From Candidatus Poriferihabitaceae bacterium (lineage in GTDB: Bacteria > Pseudomonadota > Gammaproteobacteria > Arenicellales > Poriferihabitantaceae): a stretch of DNA of 64,000 nt. The first letter of the stretch is position 1. Each line of letters begins with the position of its first letter. Of this stretch, positions 1-9,186 are shown piece after piece. Location of the stretch: the NCBI GenBank assembly GCA_965221795.1, contig OZ244914.1, forward strand, positions 3,548,102 to 3,612,101, read 5' to 3'. A program made the translations under genes and the position numbers. Under the pieces are notes generated by a model that made no database searches, was not told where the DNA came from, and saw only the letters and a program-made list of their open reading frames with translations.

Positions 1-201
1 TCCCCTGTTCGTCCAGCAGTCGCAGATTCCGCTCCTGATGCTCAATCTCCGCGGCTACAAGGTGCGGGAGCCGCCCGGGGTTGGAGGGCGAAAAGTGAAT
101 GGGAGTGACAGCCGGGGCCATTTCACGCTAGCCAGAAGCGATTCAATGGTCGACTGCATGTGATCAGACTGATTTTTTTGCTGCGATGGTCTATCATGCC
201 G

Positions 202-400
202 ACCATGACCGAAGATTTTGACCCATCCGCAGTGCAAACTCGGGAGATGGAAGTGCGTCCGGTACGGGCAGACGAGCGCCGGCGTTGGGATGCGTTGATG
301 GACCGTCACCACTACTTGGGATTCAAGCAGTTCGCAGGCCGTGGCCTGCGGCAGGTCGCGGTTTGGCGAGGCCATCGGCTGGCGCTGCTTTGGCAGCAGC
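202..400 (+). pseudogene. DUF4338-like fragment (domain often found with transposases)
   Basis: ORF 160..468 contains EVRPVRADERRRWDALMDRHHYLGFKQFAGRGLRQVAVWRG, typical of the DUF4338 N-terminus; truncated by an IS5 fragment. Confidence 0.6.
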
Positions 401-498
401 GGCGCAATGCGCTCATATGGTACTGGGGTGAGTTCCTTGGGTTGGTTACTCCACAAGGTTTTCGCTGAAAATTATCGGCATCAAGTATACCCTATCGG
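385..498 (-). mobile_element. IS5-family (IS427 group) transposase 5' remnant
   Basis: Minus strand reads ELTPVPYERIAPLLPKQR; the DNA is homologous to about 20398-20510 (MELTPVPYERITPLL). Confidence 0.65.
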
Positions 499-715
499 CA
501 GAAACAGCCTTGCGGACGAAGGCTACCCAATCGACGGTGGCGCATCTGAAAAGAGTGGCTCAAGCGTCTGGCATATGGTCAGTCCGAGTCCACATGATCG
601 GTTTGATGATACACACGAAATCATCATTGAGCAGCACGCGCTGGCGACTGATGAAGGTACTTGCAGCGGTATAGTTTGAGCGAGAAATTCCCGAAATCGC
701 TGACTTGACTGTTCT

Positions 716-1546
716 CTATTTCTGCGAGCTGCTGGGTTGCAATGGTTTGTGCGCCCAGGGTGATGGTTTTCGATCAAAAAAATTAGCGATTGCGACCTGA
801 GCTTCTTCACTTTCCCAACAATCAGCAAGCAGGGTTGCCGCAAACTGGCGGTTGGATTCGGCATCATGACAGTGGACATGCGCAATCAGTTTCTTGGTCA
901 TCGCAACTGCACCAGGAGCACAATCCAAAAGTTCCACGACTTCGGACTCGACTGCCTCATCCAACTCGGATTCAGGCACTATTTTGTCAAGCAAGCCAAA
1001 TTGAACGGCTTCCGGTCCGCAGAAGAAATGAGCATTCAAAAACAATCGCCGAGCATTGCGGACACCCATTCGACCGATAAGGTAAGTGCAAATATTAGCC
1101 GGCGAAAGGCCCAGTCGAACTTCGGTCACGGAAAATCTTGCTTCCGGCACACCAATAGCAATGTCACAAACCGCAATCAATCCGATACCACCAGCATACG
1201 CTTGTCCATGCACTTTCGCGATCAATGGTTTGGACAGCGTATCCATCGCCAATAACATTTCACTCAGCATCTCGCTTTCCTTAATGCGCTCTTTACGGCA
1301 ACGTGCAAAATTTGAGCGCATCCAGTCGAGGTCGGCACCAGCGCAAAAACTCTTCCCGCTACCGGCCAAAATCACGGCTCGCACACCAGAGTCTGTATCG
1401 AGTTGACGGACTGCTTCACGGATTTCCACCATCATTCGTGAACTCATGGCATTATGCTTTTCAGGCCGATTGAGTGTCAGAGTGACAATCCCACGTTGAT
1501 CAGATTCCACTAGAATGGTTTCGAATGACAGCTTCTGTAGTTTCAT
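716..1546 (-). CDS. Enoyl-CoA hydratase/isomerase (methylglutaconyl-CoA hydratase-like)
   Basis: LTLNRPEKHNAM, SFCAGADL and AYAGGIGLIAVCD crotonase motifs; start at 1546 overlaps the upstream stop. Confidence 0.9.
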   Translation of the reverse strand: MKLQKLSFETILVESDQRGIVTLTLNRPEKHNAMSSRMMVEIREAVRQLDTDSGVRAVILAGSGKSFCAGADLDWMRSNFARCRKERIKESEMLSEMLLAMDTLSKPLIAKVHGQAYAGGIGLIAVCDIAIGVPEARFSVTEVRLGLSPANICTYLIGRMGVRNARRLFLNAHFFCGPEAVQFGLLDKIVPESELDEAVESEVVELLDCAPGAVAMTKKLIAHVHCHDAESNRQFAATLLADCWESEEAQVAIANFFDRKPSPWAHKPLQPSSSQK

Positions 1547-2634
1547 GAAAAATGTGTCCACTGTGGCAGAACACCGACCGGAAGGTCCTGCATAGGATAT
1601 CCTGATACGAGTTGATGGCCGTCGATTTTTGCCGGGTAGGCCAGCTTGTCTACGGCAAACAGTTCGCGGAATTGAGTTTGACGATGTGCATAGATTTCTT
1701 CCGGTCGGGAAACGGGCTCGAAACAGCAGTCCACTCCATCAAGCACTGTCGACAACTGTCGAAAGGTCAAGTTACCGATTGCTTCCCGGACTTCCTTGAT
1801 CAAGTCAGTTTGCGGTAACGGATCATATTGTCGATTCACCCATTCGGGTTTTTCCATGGCATGGCAGAAGTTCTGCCAAAAACCCGGCTCCAGCGCACCC
1901 AATGTCACGACCCGGCGATCCCTTGTCCGAAAGAAATTGTAACAAGCAGCCTCTCCGGTGAGCAATCTGAGTTCCGGGTTTTGCTTGTCGGTCACGGCGG
2001 TAGCAGGATACTGATAGGACAGTACGGACTCATACAGGGAAACATCCAATCGGGCACCCTTGCCACGCAATGTGCGACGGTATAAGGCGGCGAGGATGAC
2101 GCTGACCGCATTCAACGCACCGCCATGATCAGCCACCAAGGGAAAGGGTGGACTCTCATCATTGCCATAACTGTACATGCCAGCCGCAGCGCAATAATTG
2201 ATGTCATGCCCGGCCATAGAACGCATAGGCCCATCCTGCCCATAACCGGATAGAGAACAATACACCAGTTTGTCATGGAATTGACTCACACCGGAATATC
2301 CCAATCCCAACCGTTCCATTACACCCGGCCGGAAAGATTCCAGCATGACATCAGCATCCGTGATCAGTGGCTGCAGTCGTTCCATGATGCCATCCTCTTT
2401 CAGGTTCAAACGCGCTATCGTTTTGCTCCGATTCAACAGGCAGTATGCCGGCGAATCCGTGCCGGGCGACGCACCGAACATCTTGCGAAGAGGATCCCCT
2501 TGCGGGGGTTCAATCTTGATCACTTCTGCGCCCAGGTCACAAAGCAGTCGGGTTGCATATGGGCCTGGCAAGTATTGACTCAAGTCCAGTACGCGCAAGC
2601 CGTCCAGGGGCGGTTGATCAGAAGGTGTAGCCAT
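1543..2634 (-). CDS. CaiB/BaiF family III CoA-transferase
   Basis: LDGLRVLDLSQYLPGP, GAEVIKIEPPQGDP, ESFRPGVMERLGLG, GHDINY. Confidence 0.93.
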   Translation of the reverse strand: MATPSDQPPLDGLRVLDLSQYLPGPYATRLLCDLGAEVIKIEPPQGDPLRKMFGASPGTDSPAYCLLNRSKTIARLNLKEDGIMERLQPLITDADVMLESFRPGVMERLGLGYSGVSQFHDKLVYCSLSGYGQDGPMRSMAGHDINYCAAAGMYSYGNDESPPFPLVADHGGALNAVSVILAALYRRTLRGKGARLDVSLYESVLSYQYPATAVTDKQNPELRLLTGEAACYNFFRTRDRRVVTLGALEPGFWQNFCHAMEKPEWVNRQYDPLPQTDLIKEVREAIGNLTFRQLSTVLDGVDCCFEPVSRPEEIYAHRQTQFRELFAVDKLAYPAKIDGHQLVSGYPMQDLPVGVLPQWTHFS

Positions 2635-2752
2635 CCAAAATCACCCTATGGTGTTGTATGGCCGCCATGGTCCATCCGAATGCCAATCGCATCAGCATTC
2701 CAGGGGAAGGAAATTTCCTGTCATCCCGAGCCAATCGGCTGCGATTTCGACC

Positions 2753-3985
2753 TCAATAGCTGCGTTTGTCCTCAATGACAATCCCATCATGTGGCAGTGA
2801 ATTCAATGGAACCAGTTCCACCTCCCCTCGGAGTTTGCAAATATCGCGTATGGTCGTCTCGACCGCTTTGGCAAGCTCTTTGGCCAGTTCCTCGCATTCA
2901 CAATGCAATGTCATTTTATCGGCCTGATTCTCGGACTCCACGACCAATCGATAATGCCGGATTTCCGGATGGCGTCTCGTAACCCGATTGACTTGAGACG
3001 GATGCACAAACATTCCACGAACCTTGACTGTTTGATCGGCCCGCCCCATCCACCCTTTGATACGGCGGTTGGTTCTACCACAAGGGCTTTTGCCTGGCAG
3101 AATTGTTGAAAGATCTCCGGTCGCAAAACGAATCAATGGATAATCCGGATTCAGTGCAGTGACCACCACCTCTCCCACTTCCCCATCCGGTAACACATCC
3201 CCTGTTCCCGGAAGCACGATCTCAAGATACACATCTTCGTCGATGATCAGGCCCGACTCTTCTGAAGATTCATAAGCAATCAAGCCCACATCAGCAGTCG
3301 CATAACACTGCAATCCGAAGATACCGCAATCCGCAAACCTTTGCCGCAATGAGGGCAGATAGGCCTCACCACCGACCAGTGCCTTGTTCAAGGACGGTAT
3401 CTGCATGCCGGTCTCCTCGGCTCGTTCCAACAAAATTCGCAAGAAAGAGGGGGTGCCGCAATATGCGTCTGGTTTCAACCGGCAGATGGATTCCAGTTGT
3501 TGTTCGGTATTGCCCACTCCTCCCGGGAGCACGACCGCTTCCAGTTCCCGACAACCAGAATCCAGCATCATGCCGGCTGGTGTGAGATGATAAGAAAATC
3601 CGTTATGCACCCGACTACCTCTTCGGACTCCCGCTGCATAAAGGGCTCTGGCCATACGCCAGTAATTGGGACGGGCGGTCTGGGGTTCGAAAATCGGCCC
3701 CGGAGAGGTAAAGATATGAGTCAGGGGCTCGCCGACCAAGGCATCCAGTCCACCGAACGGTGGCTGCTGTTGCTGTCGCTCCATCAGTTCGGATTTTCTC
3801 GTCAAAGGCAGGGCTGCGAGGTCCGCAAGCTCCTCCAGATCCCCGACGTCCACGTCTTTCAGAATTTCGCGAAACGCCGGGGCATTGGCTTTTGCATGGG
3901 CAATCTGTGCGAGCACATCCCGGGTCAGGATCGCCATGCGTTCATCCCTGGTGCGAGTCTCCCGATCGTCAAAATAGGCCGACAT
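2753..3985 (-). CDS. Phenylacetate-CoA ligase-like AMP-binding protein
   Basis: PaaK-like features: YATADVGLIAYE, YPLIRFATGDLS, GRADQTVKVRGMFVHPSQ; start taken at MSAYFD. Confidence 0.88.
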   Translation of the reverse strand: MSAYFDDRETRTRDERMAILTRDVLAQIAHAKANAPAFREILKDVDVGDLEELADLAALPLTRKSELMERQQQQPPFGGLDALVGEPLTHIFTSPGPIFEPQTARPNYWRMARALYAAGVRRGSRVHNGFSYHLTPAGMMLDSGCRELEAVVLPGGVGNTEQQLESICRLKPDAYCGTPSFLRILLERAEETGMQIPSLNKALVGGEAYLPSLRQRFADCGIFGLQCYATADVGLIAYESSEESGLIIDEDVYLEIVLPGTGDVLPDGEVGEVVVTALNPDYPLIRFATGDLSTILPGKSPCGRTNRRIKGWMGRADQTVKVRGMFVHPSQVNRVTRRHPEIRHYRLVVESENQADKMTLHCECEELAKELAKAVETTIRDICKLRGEVELVPLNSLPHDGIVIEDKRSY

Positions 3986-4068
3986 CGATTCTGTTGATGG
4001 GATTCGATACTTTGAAAGCAATGGCTTTTGTTGATGCGGCAGATATCATTCGCGTCCAGGAACCCGGT

Positions 4069-4881
4069 TCAGGCCAGCCAGCGCTTCCGACGGCGATAAT
4101 GCTTGACGTCACGAAAGCTCCGGCGACCATTGCCACTCATGCCGAGATAGAATTCCTTCACGTCTTCATTTTGTGCCAGGGAACTGGCATCCCCATCCAT
4201 CACCACGCGACCATTTTCCAGGATGTAGCCATAGGTAGCATAACGGAGCGCAACCGTCGTGTTCTGTTCTGCCAACAGGAAAGTCACCCTTTCCCTTTCG
4301 TTCAGCGCACGGACAATTTCGAAGATTTCCTCCACCAATTGAGGCGCTAATCCCATCGAGGGTTCATCCAGCAGGATCACGCTCGGCTTGGCCATTAATG
4401 CCCGGCCCACGGCAATCATCTGTTGCTCCCCTCCCGAGGTATATCCAGCCTGGCTCCGGTACCGCTCCTTGAGACGGGGAAAGTAACTGTAAACGAGCTC
4501 CAGGTCATTTTGCAGTCCTTTCCGACCGACCTTGCGGGTATAGGCACCAGTCAACAGGTTCTCTTCCACCGTCAGATGTTCGAAACAATGACGCCCCTCC
4601 ATGACCTGAACCACCCCACGCTTGACTAATTCATTGGGAGAAAGCGAATCCACTTTTTCGCCAAGAAATTCGATGGATCCTTTCGTCACTTCCCCTCGCT
4701 CCGTTCCCAGAATGTTGGATATCGACTTGATGGTAGTGGTTTTTCCGGCACCATTCGCCCCCAGCAATGCCACCACTCCGCCTTTCGGTACTTCCAGCGA
4801 CACTCCCTTCAACACCAGAATGACATGGTCATAAATAACCTCGATATTGTTGACACGAAGGACAATATCGGCACTATTCAT
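4069..4881 (-). CDS. ABC transporter ATP-binding protein, LivF-like
   Basis: GANGAGKTT Walker A, SGGEQQM signature, LLDEPSMGLAP. Confidence 0.93.
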   Translation of the reverse strand: MNSADIVLRVNNIEVIYDHVILVLKGVSLEVPKGGVVALLGANGAGKTTTIKSISNILGTERGEVTKGSIEFLGEKVDSLSPNELVKRGVVQVMEGRHCFEHLTVEENLLTGAYTRKVGRKGLQNDLELVYSYFPRLKERYRSQAGYTSGGEQQMIAVGRALMAKPSVILLDEPSMGLAPQLVEEIFEIVRALNERERVTFLLAEQNTTVALRYATYGYILENGRVVMDGDASSLAQNEDVKEFYLGMSGNGRRSFRDVKHYRRRKRWLA

Positions 4882-4915
4882 TGCGGTGGTGCAATCTCAG
4901 GGATATATCGGAAGT

Positions 4916-4945
4916 TCGGGCGACCCGGAGAAATGGGTCGCCCGA
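4916..4945 (-). terminator. Perfect 11-bp hairpin after the substrate-binding protein gene (mRNA stabiliser or partial terminator)
   Basis: TCGGGCGACCC-N8-GGGTCGCCCGA, 20 bp downstream of the SBP stop; no long U-tract. Confidence 0.6.
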
Positions 4946-4964
4946 TCAAGCCGTCAATTGGTGA

Positions 4965-6257
4965 TCAACAATCACGTGGAGTGATGTTATTTTCCTGCGC
5001 ATAGGCAGCGGAATCCGCTTCGATCAGCGTATCCACCACATCACGGTCTGCGCCGGTGAAGCCCGTAATGAGAGACCAGGACTGGGTATCGGCATCCCAT
5101 TGCTGGATCGCCGCTTCTCCAGGTCCTCCATGATTGGCGCAAGTCACACTGATACTGGGACCGAAGTTGGGCAAGCCAAGCTCCGCCATTCGGTCCTGAT
5201 TGATCTGCAAGGCTTCCAGCCCATCGCGCATTTGAACTGGTGTGATATCTGCTACCCCATGGATCGTCTGGGCAGTACGTGCCGCTTCCGACGCCAGAAC
5301 GGCCGCATAGAGCCCCCGGTTATAGAGTACGGTACCGAGATTGCTGCCGTCCCCAGCAGCCTTGCCCGCATCCACCACGTATTTCTTCAGGTCCGCATAG
5401 ATGGGAAAATCACTGCCCACATTGTGAAAATTGATCGCCTTGTATCCATCGGCTCCTGGACCTGCCGGAATCACATCGTTCTCCGAAGCCGACCACCATA
5501 CTCCAATGAAGTGATCCATGGGATAGCGAATGTTGGCCGCTTCCTGAATCGCTACCTGATTCATCACGCCCCATCCCCACATCAACACATAATCCGGTCG
5601 TTCGCGACGAATCTGCAGCCACTGGGACTTTTGCTCCTGCCCCGGATGGTCCACGGGCAATAATGTCAGGCTGAAGCCATGCTTCTTCGACAGTTCTTCC
5701 AGCGTACGGATGGGCTCTTTGCCATAGGCAGAATTATGGTATACCAATGCCAGTGTTTTCCCACTAAGGTCTCCATTTTCTTCATCCAGGATATGCTTGA
5801 CAATGATGGATGCGGCATCCCAGTACGTGCCGGGGAAATTGAAAATATAACTGAATACTCTGCCATTTGCGGCTGAAGTGCGCCCATAGCCCATGGACAG
5901 GACGGGAATCCCATCGGCCGTCGCTTTGGGAATCAACTGGTAGGTAATCCCGGTCGATAGCGGCTGGTAGACCAGAGACCCCCGCCCTTTGGTGGACTCA
6001 TAGCATTCCACACCCTTCTCGGTGTTATATCCGGTTTCACATTCGATCAGATTCACAGGTACGCCGCCGATCCCCCCGTCACGCTCATTCAACAAGGTAA
6101 AATAATCCGCATACCCGTCCGCATATGGGATGCCATTGGGTGCATATGGCCCCGTCCGGTAACTAAGTGATGGGAACGTCAGGTCCGCGTACGCGACCCC
6201 GCTGCCCCACACCACGGTAGCTGCCAATATGGCAGCAGTGATTGGGTTGAATTTCAT
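4965..6257 (-). CDS. ABC transporter substrate-binding protein (Liv/PBP1 type)
   Basis: Signal peptide MKFNPITAAILAATVVWGSGVAYA; YRTGPYAPNG and NERDGGIGGV motifs; position in the ABC operon. Confidence 0.9.
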   Translation of the reverse strand: MKFNPITAAILAATVVWGSGVAYADLTFPSLSYRTGPYAPNGIPYADGYADYFTLLNERDGGIGGVPVNLIECETGYNTEKGVECYESTKGRGSLVYQPLSTGITYQLIPKATADGIPVLSMGYGRTSAANGRVFSYIFNFPGTYWDAASIIVKHILDEENGDLSGKTLALVYHNSAYGKEPIRTLEELSKKHGFSLTLLPVDHPGQEQKSQWLQIRRERPDYVLMWGWGVMNQVAIQEAANIRYPMDHFIGVWWSASENDVIPAGPGADGYKAINFHNVGSDFPIYADLKKYVVDAGKAAGDGSNLGTVLYNRGLYAAVLASEAARTAQTIHGVADITPVQMRDGLEALQINQDRMAELGLPNFGPSISVTCANHGGPGEAAIQQWDADTQSWSLITGFTGADRDVVDTLIEADSAAYAQENNITPRDC

Positions 6258-6289
6258 TGCAATTCTCCAGTTGGTTATGTGGTTAACGT

Positions 6290-7366
6290 TCAATGCGGAA
6301 AGGGCCATAGCCGCAGTTTCTCCTTGGCAACTCGCCACAACTGCGCAAGACCATGGGGTTCCACGATCAGGAAAAACATGATCAGGCCGCCGACCAGCAT
6401 CAAAATAAAGTGCTGCACCATATCCGTAGGCCAGCCAAAACTGCCGACCATGATATTTTTGAATAGTACCGGTAAAAGCACCATAAACGCAGCGCCAATG
6501 AATGAACCGGCCACGGAGCCCAGCCCACCAATAATGATCATAAACAGGACCAGAAAAGATTTATCAATGCCAAACGCTTCCGTGGGTTCGATCGCGCCCA
6601 GGTACACGCCAAAAAACAATGCGCCGGCCAGACCAATGTAAAATGAACTGATCGCAAACGCCAGAAGTTTGGTCTTCAATGGAGGCACGCCAATGATCTC
6701 GGCCGCAATGTCCATATCCCGAATCGCCATCCAGGAACGTCCCAGCCGTCCACGGGTCAAATTTCGTGCGATCATAGCAAAGACCAGCACGAACAGAAGG
6801 GTGAACAAATAGGTGGACCAAGGCTCGGCTTGAGGACCGGAAACAATCATGCCGAACAATTCGCGTTCTGGCATATTGATCTGTCCCGAGGCGGAATAGT
6901 TATAAAACCAGGGAACCTTGTTGAACAGCCACACCAGAAAAAATTGGGCGGCCAGGGTCGCCACAGCCAAATAAAAACCCTTGATGCGCAAACTCGGCAA
7001 ACCGAACAGGATCCCGACAATGGCCGTCACCCCTCCAGAGAACAAGATCACAAACAGGATATTGAGGTCGGGGAAAGCGGTGGTGATTTTGTAGCAGGCG
7101 TATGCGCCCACAGCCATGAATCCCCCCGTACCCAGACTGAGTTGACCACAATATCCGGTCAGGATGTTCAACCCCAGGGCTGCCAAGGACCAGATCAGGA
7201 ATGGCAACAGGATCGACTTTTCCCAATAGTCATTAATGAGAAACGGGACCACCAGGAAAGCAACCAATACCAATGCCCGTACGGACCAGCGATCAAAGGC
7301 GATGGGGAACGTCTGCTGATCTGCAGCATAACTGGTCTTGAAATCCCCTGCTTCCCGGTAAAACAT
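6290..7366 (-). CDS. ABC permease, LivM-like
   Basis: GLNILTGYCGQLSLG, LRIKGFYLAVATLA, IIGGLGS; hydrophobic. Confidence 0.92.
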   Translation of the reverse strand: MFYREAGDFKTSYAADQQTFPIAFDRWSVRALVLVAFLVVPFLINDYWEKSILLPFLIWSLAALGLNILTGYCGQLSLGTGGFMAVGAYACYKITTAFPDLNILFVILFSGGVTAIVGILFGLPSLRIKGFYLAVATLAAQFFLVWLFNKVPWFYNYSASGQINMPERELFGMIVSGPQAEPWSTYLFTLLFVLVFAMIARNLTRGRLGRSWMAIRDMDIAAEIIGVPPLKTKLLAFAISSFYIGLAGALFFGVYLGAIEPTEAFGIDKSFLVLFMIIIGGLGSVAGSFIGAAFMVLLPVLFKNIMVGSFGWPTDMVQHFILMLVGGLIMFFLIVEPHGLAQLWRVAKEKLRLWPFPH

Positions 7367-7372
7367 CTATAC

Positions 7373-8374
7373 CTATACCCTCTCAATGATGCGTTCACCA
7401 AACAGTCCCTGGGGGCGGAACATCAGGAAGAACAGTGCCAACACATAGGCAAACCAATTTTCCGTTGCTCCCCCAATCAGAGGGCCGACCGTAAACTCAA
7501 ACAGTTTTTCTCCCACACCGATCAGCAACCCCCCGACAATCGCTCCCGGAATGGAAGTAAATCCTCCCAGAATCAGGACCGGCAAGGCCTTGAGCGCAAT
7601 CAGGGAAAGCGAGAACTGAACACCGGACTTGGCCCCCCACATGATTCCGGCGACGAGAGCGACGAATCCCGCGATCGACCACACTACCACCCAAATGGTC
7701 CGGAGTGAAATACCCACCGTCAGGGCTGCCTGATGATCATCTGCAACCGCTCGCAGTGCGCGACCGGTCTTGGTAACCTGGGAAAATACGGTCAACACGA
7801 TCACCAGGACTACCGCAATGGCAGCCGCCCATACATCCAGGACGTCAATATACATTCCATAATATTCGGTTCCTTCCGCGGCCCAAGTCCGGGTGACATC
7901 TTCCCACCAGAAGGAGCCACCGGACGGGAGTCCCACATCCAGCACCTTGATGTTGGCACCCCACATCAGGTCTCCCAACCCTTCCAGGAAGAATGCTAGT
8001 CCGATGGTGGCCATGAACAGGATGATGGGTTCCTGGTTGACGAGGAATCGGAGCACCGCTTTTTCCACCAACCAGGCGAGCAAGATCATCACCAGGATGG
8101 TGAGAACAATCGCCAAAGCGGTATTCATGCCATTCCCCCAATGGTGATAATCCGTCCCGAAAATGACATTGATCAGATGTGCGAATGGGATCTGGCCCGT
8201 CTGGAAACCGACCAGGGTCAGGGCAGCAAACAGGCACATCACACCCTGGGCATAATTGAAAATGGCAGACGCCTTGAAAATCAACACGAAGCCCAGCGCG
8301 ACCAGGGAATACATCACACCGGCCATCAGTCCGTTCAGAATGACCTCAATGGTATACAGTGTGGTCGGGTTCAT
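7373..8374 (-). CDS. ABC permease, LivH-like
   Basis: NGLMAGVMYSLVALGFVLIFKAS, GRALRAVADD, RPQGLFG. Confidence 0.92.
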   Translation of the reverse strand: MNPTTLYTIEVILNGLMAGVMYSLVALGFVLIFKASAIFNYAQGVMCLFAALTLVGFQTGQIPFAHLINVIFGTDYHHWGNGMNTALAIVLTILVMILLAWLVEKAVLRFLVNQEPIILFMATIGLAFFLEGLGDLMWGANIKVLDVGLPSGGSFWWEDVTRTWAAEGTEYYGMYIDVLDVWAAAIAVVLVIVLTVFSQVTKTGRALRAVADDHQAALTVGISLRTIWVVVWSIAGFVALVAGIMWGAKSGVQFSLSLIALKALPVLILGGFTSIPGAIVGGLLIGVGEKLFEFTVGPLIGGATENWFAYVLALFFLMFRPQGLFGERIIERV

Positions 8375-8377
8375 GTT

Positions 8378-9169
8378 TCAGTCGTGGGCGACCCCAAGGT
8401 AGGCATCAATGACGTTCTGATCATTGCGAATTTTATCCGGCAAGCCGTCACCGATTTTTCTTCCATAGTCAAGAACCACCACGCGGTCTGCAATATCCAT
8501 GACCACACCCATATCATGCTCGATCAGGGCAATAGTCGTGCCGAAATGCTCGTGCACGTCCAATACAAAGCGGCACATATCTTCCTTTTCCTCCAGGTTC
8601 ATGCCAGCCATCGGCTCATCCAGCAACAAAAGCTTGGATTCTGCGGCCAGCGCACGGCCCAATTCCACCCGCTTTTGCAACCCATAGGGCAATTTTCCGA
8701 CCGGGGTCTTTCGAATCGATTGGATTTCCAGAAAATCGATAATCTGCTCTACTCGCTCCCGATGGGCAAGCTCTTCCTTCTCGGCCTTGCCTTTCCAAAT
8801 TGCCTGCCAAAAGACGTTCTCATGCATGTGAATGATACGCCCAGTCATCAAATTATCGAGCGTACTCATGCCTTTGAACAGGGCAATATTCTGAAATGTA
8901 CGCGCAATCCCCTGACGCGCAATCTGATGGGGTTTGAGAGAACGACGCAAGGTGCCATCAAACCATACTTCCCCTTTTTGCGGATGGTAAAACCCATTGA
9001 TCACATTGAGCATGGAGCTTTTGCCTGCACCATTGGGCCCAATGATCGCCCGGATCTCTCCATGGAGAATGTCAAAACTGATGTCCACCAGTGCCTTGAC
9101 CCCGCCAAAGGATAACGAAATCTCCCGCAAGTCCAACAAGACTCCGTTCGACTGGCTGGCTTGACTCAT
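8378..9169 (-). CDS. ABC transporter ATP-binding protein, LivG-like
   Basis: GPNGAGKSS, GIARTFQN, LPYGLQKRVELGRALA, LLDEP, IEHDM. Confidence 0.93.
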   Translation of the reverse strand: MSQASQSNGVLLDLREISLSFGGVKALVDISFDILHGEIRAIIGPNGAGKSSMLNVINGFYHPQKGEVWFDGTLRRSLKPHQIARQGIARTFQNIALFKGMSTLDNLMTGRIIHMHENVFWQAIWKGKAEKEELAHRERVEQIIDFLEIQSIRKTPVGKLPYGLQKRVELGRALAAESKLLLLDEPMAGMNLEEKEDMCRFVLDVHEHFGTTIALIEHDMGVVMDIADRVVVLDYGRKIGDGLPDKIRNDQNVIDAYLGVAHD

Positions 9170-9186
9170 CCGTCTCTCCTCTTGAT

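Noticed and set aside
160-468. Druantia DruA defence gene
   Set aside because: Only a short DUF4338 fragment in an IS context, with no other dru genes.
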